From: Salinispira sp.
Lineage (GTDB): Bacteria; Spirochaetota; Spirochaetia; DSM-27196; Salinispiraceae
DNA: 64,000 nucleotides
Assembly: GCA_965602015.1 (NCBI GenBank)
Contig: OZ271918.1
Coordinates: 1,760,001-1,824,000 of the forward strand
Reading direction: 5' to 3'
The stretch's first letter is position 1. Every line of letters starts with the position of its first letter. The position numbers were made by a program, and so were the translations under genes. Of this stretch, positions 40,534-48,115 are shown piece after piece. A model generated the notes under the pieces. It was not told the origin of the DNA and did no database searches. It was given only the letters and a program-made list of their open reading frames with translations.

Positions 40534-40875
40534 CCGTGCCCTGGTCGGCGGCTTAGCTGCCTGCTCCCTCATGCAACCGTGCCCTGGTCGGCAGCTTAGC
40601 TGCCTGCTCCCTCATGCAACCGTACCCTGGTCGGCGGCATAGCTGCCTGCTCCCTCATGCAACCTTGGCCTGGTCGGCGGCTTAGCTGCCTGCTCCCTCA
40701 TGCAACCTTGCCCTGGTCGGCAGCTTAGCTGCCTGCTCCCTCATGCAACCGTGCCCTGGTCGGCGGCTTAGCTGCCTGCTCCCTCATGCAACCTTGCCCT
40801 GGTCGGCGGCTTAGCTGCCTGCTCCCTCATGCAACCGTGCCCTGGTCGGCGGCTTAGCTGCCTGCTCCCTCATGC
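40534..40875. repeat. Tandem array of 8 x 43 bp units with a palindromic core
   Basis: Unit CCKTGCCCTGGTCGGCRGCTTAGCTGCCTGCTCCCTCATGCAA starting at 40534, 40577, 40620, 40663, 40706, 40749, 40792, 40835; 0-2 substitutions per unit; no spacers. Confidence 0.97.
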
Positions 40876-41639
40876 CTCCTTGGATGACAGTAGCGTTTCA
40901 TTTGACGGGGGATGCCGGAGAACTCTATTGCCTCCCGGGGGCAAAGATGGTAGCAGCCCGCGCAGTTGGCGCAGTTATGATTCCAGACCGGATAGCCTGT
41001 TGATGGTGACAGCGAAATATTTTTAGTCGGGCAGACTTTTTCACAGACGCCACATGAGTCGCAGGCTGTATTAACACAAAAAACCTCATCGAGGCGGTGT
41101 TCACGGGACAATTGGTATGGCCCCCGAAAGAGCATATTGGACAGAAAAGACCCCAAAGGATGAAAGCTCATTGAACGGTAATTCTCTATGCCGTTAGACA
41201 CAGCATCTATGATTGTGGAGATTCGTTTTGAAGCCCGCCGGTAGTATGATTGGTGGGATCTTTTTTGGAATGCGGCAATCATCGGATGATTACCTGGCAT
41301 GGGAATCAGAAAGCCCGCGCTGACATCGACGCCTTTGTTACCGAGCCGGTCCGCCAGCATGCTCAGCGCGTCGCCGAACAGCCCCCCGCCGGTCAGGACA
41401 ATAGAGGCATAATCGATTGTGCCGAAATCCATCGTCTCGATGATTTCTTCCACATATACCGGCGGGCGGGCGAAATACACCGGAGAGATAATCCCCAGAA
41501 CATCTGCTTCAATCCTGCCGCCGGAGTATGACAGCGGTTCCGGCCGCGGTGAATCCAACCCTTCGGCCAATTCCTCCGCTACAGCCAGTGAGTTGCCGGT
41601 CCCGCTGAAATAGAGAAGTCTAATTGCTTTTTTACTCAT
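40854..41639 (-). CDS. EFR1 family flavodoxin-ferredoxin fusion
   Basis: YFSGTGNS flavodoxin loop; CDSCGVCEKVCP and CANCAGCYHLCP 4Fe-4S motifs; AGGAG RBS before ATG 41639. Confidence 0.9.
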   Translation of the reverse strand: MSKKAIRLLYFSGTGNSLAVAEELAEGLDSPRPEPLSYSGGRIEADVLGIISPVYFARPPVYVEEIIETMDFGTIDYASIVLTGGGLFGDALSMLADRLGNKGVDVSAGFLIPMPGNHPMIAAFQKRSHQSYYRRASKRISTIIDAVSNGIENYRSMSFHPLGSFLSNMLFRGPYQLSREHRLDEVFCVNTACDSCGVCEKVCPTKNISLSPSTGYPVWNHNCANCAGCYHLCPREAIEFSGIPRQMKRYCHPRRHEGAGS

Positions 41640-41781
41640 GTTTGCGCTCCTGCAGAAACTACCGCGCAATGATCGGGATATACAATCAGTAAGGAATAGT
41701 ATCCTGAATGAGGAAGTAAATGCCTGTTCACTTCGAAGTATATTTCATATCATGGATGATTGCCATTCCCAGGAGTCCGCA

Positions 41782-42609
41782 ATGCTGGAAATTCCCGAAG
41801 CCCACACAATCTCGAAGCAAATCGGCGATCGAATAAAAGGAAAGACAATAGCCGAGGTGATTCCGCTGAAATCTCCGAACAAACTCGCCTGGTATAACGG
41901 CGATCCGATGAGATACCCCGCACTTCTCACCGGCCTCACAATAGACACGGCAAAACCGATCGGCGGAATGGTTGAAATCCTTGCCGCTCAAATCTCAATA
42001 ATTCTCAGCGACGGAGTCGCGATCCGCTATTTTGAGCGGGATGAAAAGCCTGCAAAAAAGCATCAATTACTGATCAAATTCACAGACGAGAGTCATCTGT
42101 GCTTTGCAATCCAGATGTACGGCGGTATTATCGCTGTCCCAAAGGATACCTTCGATAACCCGTACTACCTGGCCGCAGTTCACGCTCCATCAATCCTTTC
42201 GGATACATTCGATATGCAGCATTTTCAAAGTCTTGTCGCCTCGGTAACTTCGAAGTCGATGAGCATAAAGGCCTTCCTCGCAACGGAACAGCGGATTCCC
42301 GGCCTGGGCAACGGTTCGCTGCAGGACATTTTATTCAACGCGGGAATCCATCCAAAAAAGAAGCTATCGGACCTGGCGGATTCGGAGGCAGAAACACTTT
42401 TTTATGCGATACGGAGCACCCTTCAGAAAATGATAGAAGATGGCGGTAGAGATACAGAGAAGGATCTCTTTGGCAATGCCGGCGGGTACCACACGATCCT
42501 CAGCAGAAAAACCGTTGGTACACCCTGTCCGCGCTGCGGAACCGAAATTACAAAGGCCCAGTACATGGGCGGCAGCATCTATTTCTGCCCATCATGTCAG
42601 TCGTTGTAA
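41782..42609 (+). CDS. Fpg/Nei family DNA glycosylase-like protein
   Basis: MLEIPE N-terminus, IKAFLATEQRIPGLGNG H2TH, CPRC..CPSCQ zinc finger; AGGAG RBS. Confidence 0.87.
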   Translation: MLEIPEAHTISKQIGDRIKGKTIAEVIPLKSPNKLAWYNGDPMRYPALLTGLTIDTAKPIGGMVEILAAQISIILSDGVAIRYFERDEKPAKKHQLLIKFTDESHLCFAIQMYGGIIAVPKDTFDNPYYLAAVHAPSILSDTFDMQHFQSLVASVTSKSMSIKAFLATEQRIPGLGNGSLQDILFNAGIHPKKKLSDLADSEAETLFYAIRSTLQKMIEDGGRDTEKDLFGNAGGYHTILSRKTVGTPCPRCGTEITKAQYMGGSIYFCPSCQSL

Positions 42610-42658
42610 TCCTCTGGCCAAGCGGGACGAAATCTCAATAAATCTACCGATATACCGA

Positions 42659-43606
42659 TCACTTCTTTTCAGAACCGGCTTTGAGAAGCTTTGTAGAATC
42701 AATATTTCTCTTGAGGGATTGCATGAGCAAATCAACAAAACCTTCTCTAAGTGATTCCGGTTGTATGACTTTGACATAGGGTGCCATGGCCAAAAGTTGT
42801 GTATACAGCCACTCGTTCACCTCGAAATACAGGTGTACGATTATCCTTTCATTCTCTACCCGGCAGTTCATCGGTCCGATAAAATCGGGCAATATATGCT
42901 GATTGTTGCGGTCTATTTCGAGGATGATTTTTTCCCGCACCCCGACATCTCTCCCGCTCTCCCATGGTAATTCCTCAGGCAGGTCTCTCACCCGGAATCT
43001 TTCATTCAAAAGCCTGCATTCGGCTATTCTGCCCAGCTTGAACATCCTGAAATCCGAACGGAGGTCGCAATATCCGAAGCTGTACCAGCGCGAGTCGATT
43101 AATACCAAGCTGTAGGGACAGAAGGTCCGCATAGTTATGGTAAATCGCACATCAAGGTAGGTCAATTCGACCTTGCGCTGTTCGTCTCGTGCTTTTGAAA
43201 GGACCGATAGATTTTTTTTCAAATCACTAGCTGAGTGGGCGGGATTTACCTGGACAAAAAGCTTGGAGTCTTTGATATCGTGAGCATCGAGGCTTGAAAA
43301 CTTCTGGTAGATCGAACTCACTTCGGCATGCGGCATGTGCGATTCGAGCTCCTTGAGAAAGGCGTAAAGCACTCCTGCTTCATTCTTGCTGAGAAAGCCC
43401 TTATCAAGCCTGAAACTATCATGCAGCTGATACCCTCCATGTACACCAACATCGGCATAGAGAGGAACACCGGCCATGGTAAGAGTATCGAGATCTCGCT
43501 GGATGGTACGGACAGAGACTTCAAAGTGTTCTGCGAGCTCCCTGGCGGTGACCTTCTTGGCGTTTATCAGCATCATCAGGATACCAATCAGTCTGTCGAT
43601 CTTCAT
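42659..43606 (-). CDS. YafY-like HTH-WYL transcriptional regulator
   Basis: MKIDRL, ELAEHFEVSVRTIQRD, GGY, WYSFGYC..R.DFRMFKL.RI; TATAAT at 43641-43646. Confidence 0.92.
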   Translation of the reverse strand: MKIDRLIGILMMLINAKKVTARELAEHFEVSVRTIQRDLDTLTMAGVPLYADVGVHGGYQLHDSFRLDKGFLSKNEAGVLYAFLKELESHMPHAEVSSIYQKFSSLDAHDIKDSKLFVQVNPAHSASDLKKNLSVLSKARDEQRKVELTYLDVRFTITMRTFCPYSLVLIDSRWYSFGYCDLRSDFRMFKLGRIAECRLLNERFRVRDLPEELPWESGRDVGVREKIILEIDRNNQHILPDFIGPMNCRVENERIIVHLYFEVNEWLYTQLLAMAPYVKVIQPESLREGFVDLLMQSLKRNIDSTKLLKAGSEKK

Positions 43607-43752
43607 GCCCAAGGAGTCCTCATATACAAGCGGATACCTGATTATAGAAGCGTCGATTTCCGTCGGCAAGGGTGCAGATATGGATCCCTGGCCATATTCA
43701 CGGACTCATCCGCGGCCACATCTTCCCATAGTCATCACCGGCTGCGCGTGTT

Positions 43753-44223
43753 TTACTTCGCAGTGTTATTCATAAAATCAACCTCATACCTCTGCTCGTT
43801 GTATCGCTGCTCGTGGTCGATAATCCTAGCATTGGTTAGGGTGATGCGCAAAACGATTGAATCCGGATTGTCCTCATCGCCGTGATGATCAAACCAGTCG
43901 AAGTACTGTTTCATTTTCCTGCGGATGTCAGCATTCTTTTCATCTTTGACCCAACCAAGGTTTTCGGCTATTCCGTCGGCGGTAAACCAGTCCAGCCCGG
44001 CAATCGCGACTTCATTATTTTTCGAAATCTCCAGCGTTTTACGACTTGATAACGATGAAGATACATAAAACCGCCCGTCCTCATAATAGGCATCGACCAT
44101 CCGGACCTGGGGGCGGGGCTTTTCGCTCGGTAAAAGAGACATCGTGGATAAGGCGATAACATTGTCCTTACCCTTTCCACAAAGCTCATCCAATAGCTTG
44201 ATGGCCTTTTCATACTTTTCCAT
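43753..44223 (-). CDS. Pyridoxamine 5'-phosphate oxidase-like FMN-binding protein
   Basis: VIALST, P.VRMVDAYY, S.K..EI..N.EVA; AAGGGAG RBS before ATG 44223. Confidence 0.8.
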   Translation of the reverse strand: MEKYEKAIKLLDELCGKGKDNVIALSTMSLLPSEKPRPQVRMVDAYYEDGRFYVSSSLSSRKTLEISKNNEVAIAGLDWFTADGIAENLGWVKDEKNADIRRKMKQYFDWFDHHGDEDNPDSIVLRITLTNARIIDHEQRYNEQRYEVDFMNNTAK

Positions 44224-44255
44224 ACGTAACTCCCTTACGTTCACATTACAGATTT

Positions 44256-44275
44256 TACGACCTGTACACGTCGCA
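44256..44275. promoter_or_regulatory. Putative WYL-regulator operator
   Basis: TACGAC-N8-GTCGCA upstream of the minus-strand -10 TAATGT (44243-44248). Confidence 0.5.
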
Positions 44276-44280
44276 CATGG

Positions 44281-45411
44281 TCATCTTTGACAGGCATATT
44301 CTTTTGCAAGCCATTTGTTGATGTAATGGCTACGTTCGAGGATCGAATCGTCCAAAGCGAGGCGGATCCCCTGACAACCCACCTGGCAGGGTTCATCCCG
44401 CAGTGTCCTGTCGCAGCCATACCCCCGGATAATTCGTTCCCGTAATGCGGGCGGAAATGTTTCGATGAGGTCCCCGTATGTATCTGCTTTTTTTGGCCGT
44501 ACCACGAGGCAGTATCCGTGCCTTGTGGAAAGCGAAAACTCCCACATTCTACGCTTGTACACATCTCGGGATGAAAGGTTTTGCCCGGTGTTTTTTCGCT
44601 GTGCATACGCAATGTGGGCTTCGAACGGGGACATGATTGCGGTACAAGTCATCCCCAAATCCACGTGCCGCTGGTGCAACTCGAGGGCGAACTCACTGAC
44701 ATGTTCGGGCAAGGGATGCACGAAGTTTTTTACTATCTCGATGTTATCACTGCCTTCGGCTTTGAGAAGATGATAATCGCAGCGCAGGAGATTGTCGCGA
44801 TTATTATCGTTCTTATAGCGCTTGATTCTGAGATCTCTGTCCGCAATCGAAAGGGCCTTGAGCCCGATTAACAGGAGAGGCGCTTTCGGGTATGTAACTG
44901 AAATTGGCGGCAGTTCCGCCGTCGGAAGCCTGTTCATCGTTACATCAATGCCGATAAAAGCGAATCCGCAGAGAGCTAAAAACCTCATACATAACAGAAG
45001 TTTTGAGGAAGAGTTCTTTGGTTTTCCTGTACTTTTGCTTTTTACTGGAATGGCGACAAACGAAGGGAGCTGATTAATCCGTAAAGCATCGCCGTCTTGA
45101 ATCCCGTAGTACCCGATGTCGGACAGCAGATCTGCGATTGTTAACAGAAAAGGATAATCGCCTGCACTCCGCGGTTTGCTCGGCACAGAGAAATAGTCTT
45201 GGCCGTCGTACATGAGACGATCAAAAAACCGGAGCAGGAAATCTCTGTACGAAACAACCCCATCTCGAATATCGGCTTCAGCTGCTACATGGTCAAAGCA
45301 GGGTCTCAGCGCGTAGTCCGCAGGTATACTCACCGGCACGAGATTTTTTATGAACTGAGCGATTTCACCGACAGATTGTGAAGACAAAAAATCGCCATGT
45401 CCGTTGCTCAT
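44281..45411 (-). CDS. Hypothetical protein with a Cys-rich C-terminus
   Basis: 376 aa open frame, GGAGG RBS, GYGCD..PC..GC. Confidence 0.75.
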   Translation of the reverse strand: MSNGHGDFLSSQSVGEIAQFIKNLVPVSIPADYALRPCFDHVAAEADIRDGVVSYRDFLLRFFDRLMYDGQDYFSVPSKPRSAGDYPFLLTIADLLSDIGYYGIQDGDALRINQLPSFVAIPVKSKSTGKPKNSSSKLLLCMRFLALCGFAFIGIDVTMNRLPTAELPPISVTYPKAPLLLIGLKALSIADRDLRIKRYKNDNNRDNLLRCDYHLLKAEGSDNIEIVKNFVHPLPEHVSEFALELHQRHVDLGMTCTAIMSPFEAHIAYAQRKNTGQNLSSRDVYKRRMWEFSLSTRHGYCLVVRPKKADTYGDLIETFPPALRERIIRGYGCDRTLRDEPCQVGCQGIRLALDDSILERSHYINKWLAKEYACQR

Positions 45412-45457
45412 CTGTGTAATCCTCCATCCTTTACGTTGATTCGAATCATAGAGGATG

Positions 45458-45483
45458 AATTATGACAACGTCATGTCGTAATT
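45458..45483. promoter_or_regulatory. Putative WYL-regulator operator
   Basis: AATTATGACA-N6-TGTCGTAATT upstream of the minus-strand -10 TATGAT (45445-45450). Confidence 0.62.
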
Positions 45484-45669
45484 GCGCTCATTTAGTATAA
45501 AAATATCGATTTTTTTCTGTGCCCGGCTCAGCTCGACGAGTAGTCGTCCTCCCGGTGCGCCGTCTCGTCGCTTGCCGCGCCTATCCGGGCGCTTGTCCTT
45601 GCTATTTGCTCGGAGGCTCAATTCGAGATTGTTCCTCGCTGGGAGGCTGCGGTAGGACCCGATTATCGC

Positions 45670-45982
45670 TTCGAGTCCCGTCCCTATATCTATATGCAAC
45701 AAAATCCATGGCCCTTCGGTACATGGATTTTGATGTGATCGGCCCTGGTCGGCAGCTTAGCTGCCTGCTCGGGCAAGCTGCCTCGGTGGCGGGACTCCGC
45801 TCTGGTCGCTGACTTCCTATCAGCTCCCTGCGCGCCGCCTCCGTGGCTAATCCGCCATCCCTGGCGGATTGCGCTCCCTATTCGGTCGCGCCGCTCCTCC
45901 GGTTCGAGTCCCGTCCCTATATACAACAAAATCCATGGCCCTTCGGACCATGGATTTTGTTGTCATCGGGGTGGCGGGACTC
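45670..45982. repeat. Direct duplication of the tRNA-Pro 3' end and its terminator, with a 42-bp insert
   Basis: 45670-45742 matches 45903-45969; 45738-45742 joined to 45785-45797 equals 45965-45982; insert at 45743-45784. Confidence 0.88.
45923..45963 (-). terminator. Intrinsic terminator after tRNA-Pro
   Basis: ACAACAAAATCCATGG-N9-CCATGGATTTTGTTGT perfect 16-bp stem. Confidence 0.85.
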
Positions 45983-46038
45983 GAACCCGCGGCCTCGTCG
46001 TCCCGAACGACGCGCGCTAGCCACTGCGCTACACCCCG
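45966..46038 (-). tRNA. tRNA-Pro (CGG)
   Basis: CGGGGTGTAGCGCAGTGGCTAGCGCGCGTCG-TTCGGGA-CGACG..GGTTCGAGTCCCGCCACCCCGA; CCA not encoded. Confidence 0.96.
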
Positions 46039-46107
46039 TTAGATGACCGCGGCGGTATGCCGCGGTATCGATTTATATAATATCCTCCAGAGCTATTCTG
46101 AAGGGGT

Positions 46108-46151
46108 AAAAAAAGGGATGATCTGGAGGCTTTCCTCTCGATCATCCCTTT
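46108..46151 (-). terminator. Terminator-like hairpin after tRNA-Asp
   Basis: Minus strand AAAGGGATGATC..GAGG-aaag-CCTC..GATCATCCCTTTTTTT. Confidence 0.7.
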
Positions 46152-46152
46152 A

Positions 46153-46226
46153 CGGGAGCGACGGGACTTGAACCCGCGACCTCCGGCTTGACAGGCCGGC
46201 GTTCTAACCAGCTGAACTACACCCCC
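46153..46226 (-). tRNA. tRNA-Asp (GTC)
   Basis: GGGGGTGTAGTTCAGCTGGTTAGAACGCCGGC-CTGTCAA-GCCGG..GGTTCAAGTCCCGTCGCTCCCG. Confidence 0.96.
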
Positions 46227-46525
46227 GTTCAGATCCGGGCTAATCGCCCGAATGCTCACGCAATATACATGGAACGCCGTTTTGCTGTCAACCGATTAAA
46301 TCGAAAAAGATTCCCTTTTTTGCGGGCTTTTACCGGCCGACCGGACTTCATGTATTTGCTTCTGACCGGCCCGGATCGGGTCAGAACGGCTTATCCACGA
46401 CGGTCGATCTCAATTGACATTGGTACTTTGCCGTGGTATTTTTTTCAATCTAATTTATTTCACTCACGGGTGCTGGGGTTTTCCCCCGTTTTTGCGCCTG
46501 TAATTCACTACTGAGGAACACATAC

Positions 46526-48049
46526 ATGCCCTCCAAAAAGAATAATCTCAAAAATTCCGAAGAAAAGGTGCAGACGGCGGCCATGCGCCACCCTGCCCTG
46601 TACGCTCTTTCCATTATCGTGCTGGTGGTGATCATCGCGGCATTTATAATCGGGCCCATTCTGGGTCAGGGTGCTGCCAATCCGAACTCCACTGTGTTCG
46701 GGGTTTTCCGGGGCGAAAAAATCGAGTTTGCCCAGGGCAGCTACTTTGTGCGGGCCTATCAGGGTCAGTTGGATCAGCTTCAGCAGCAGGCCGAAGAAAA
46801 CGGCAGCACCGTCGGACTTCAACAGGTATATACCGCCGCCCGAAACGCCTATGACTCCACGGTTTTTCGCCTTGCCCTCATTGATGAAGCCCGCAGGGCG
46901 GGAATGGTCGTTTCCACCCGCGAGGTGATCGAGACCCTCGCAAATGCGCCGGGTTTCCGGGACGAGAACGGCGATTTTTCTTCTGAACTGCTGCAGTCCG
47001 CCCTGGCGAATAATCCGAACCTCCGCGAGACAGTTCGGGAAGATATCATCTTTGACAAAGCTCAGCAGGATATGCTTTCCCGGGCAAATCTCAGCGATGC
47101 TGAGGTTGAGTTCATCGCCTCAATGGGTGATCCGCGCCGCATTTTCGATGTTGTGAGTTTTGATTTCACCGATTTTCCCGACGATCAGCTCCAAGCTTAC
47201 CTCGAAAATAACGGCGAACTGTTCCGAAACGTAGAAATTTCTTCCATTACCCTGGATTCTTTAGAGGAAGCCGAAGAACTACTTGCGAGACTTGAAACCG
47301 GCGAAGAAAGCTTCGAAGATCTTGCGGCTACGCTGAGCACGGATTTCTTTTCCGCTGAAGGCGGATCCCGTGGAACCGTATGGTTCTACGACATTCAGCG
47401 GGATTTTGAAGATGAAAGCGCCGCACAGCTCCTCTTTTCCCAGCCGGTAGGCGAGGCCGGAGAGATTTTTGCCGTCAGAGGGGAGAAGTTCGCGGTGTTC
47501 CGCTTGGACAGTGAAGTCCGGCAACCCGACCCGGAAAACCGTGATGTCCTCGAGCAGGTTAAGGGCTATGTTCTCAGCCTTGAACGGGGTCTTGTCTCGG
47601 ACTATTTCCGTGAGGAAGCCGAGGAGCTTTCCCGGCGCATCCAGGAAATCGGCTGGGCATCTGCCCTTGTGGAATCCGGCCTTGAAGCCGCTACCACCAG
47701 CGCCGTTGGTATGAACTACGGTGATCTGCCGCTGTTTCCCAACTACGAGTCGGTGAGTGCGGGAGTACTTTCCGGAGTTTCCAGCAGGGAAACCCTTATT
47801 GCCGATTTGTTTTCCCTCGATTTGGGTCAGGTTAGCGAACCGGTACAGCTCCGCGACCGGGTAGTCCTGGTACGCTACGCCGAAGAAGGAGAGCAGACCA
47901 CAGGTCAGAACGATTTTCTCCGGCTCTACATTCCCTTCCTCGCTCAGGAATATCTCACAGCGGAAATGCAGCGCAGCTATTCATCACCGGAAAATCTTCG
48001 GGACAATTTTGACGATACCTTCACCACCCTATTTATGGGATCGAACTAA
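46526..48049 (+). CDS. PpiD/SurA-like membrane-anchored parvulin chaperone
   Basis: N-terminal TM, SurA_N-like region, SFEDLA..LSTD.FS..GGSRG, LGQVSEPV. Confidence 0.82.
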   Translation: MPSKKNNLKNSEEKVQTAAMRHPALYALSIIVLVVIIAAFIIGPILGQGAANPNSTVFGVFRGEKIEFAQGSYFVRAYQGQLDQLQQQAEENGSTVGLQQVYTAARNAYDSTVFRLALIDEARRAGMVVSTREVIETLANAPGFRDENGDFSSELLQSALANNPNLRETVREDIIFDKAQQDMLSRANLSDAEVEFIASMGDPRRIFDVVSFDFTDFPDDQLQAYLENNGELFRNVEISSITLDSLEEAEELLARLETGEESFEDLAATLSTDFFSAEGGSRGTVWFYDIQRDFEDESAAQLLFSQPVGEAGEIFAVRGEKFAVFRLDSEVRQPDPENRDVLEQVKGYVLSLERGLVSDYFREEAEELSRRIQEIGWASALVESGLEAATTSAVGMNYGDLPLFPNYESVSAGVLSGVSSRETLIADLFSLDLGQVSEPVQLRDRVVLVRYAEEGEQTTGQNDFLRLYIPFLAQEYLTAEMQRSYSSPENLRDNFDDTFTTLFMGSN

Positions 48050-48067
48050 GCAAAATGGTGAAATAGT

Positions 48068-48098
48068 AAACCGGCTGGAGACAGCCGGTTTTTTTTTT
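48068..48098 (+). terminator. Intrinsic terminator
   Basis: AAACCGGCTG-gaga-CAGCCGGTTT plus a T run. Confidence 0.9.
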
Positions 48099-48115
48099 GC
48101 TATTCTGTTTTCCGA

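Noticed and set aside
40534..40875. CRISPR array
   Set aside because: Units are contiguous and near-identical with no unique spacers, and no cas genes are in the window.
40854..45411. Integron cassette array or prophage/ICE
   Set aside because: No attC-like sites recognised, mixed gene orientation, and no integrase or phage genes.
45460..46046. Short ORFs in the tRNA-adjacent region, or an extra tRNA at 45901
   Set aside because: Sequence is explained by repeats and hairpins; the GGTTCGAGTCCC copy lacks D and anticodon arms.
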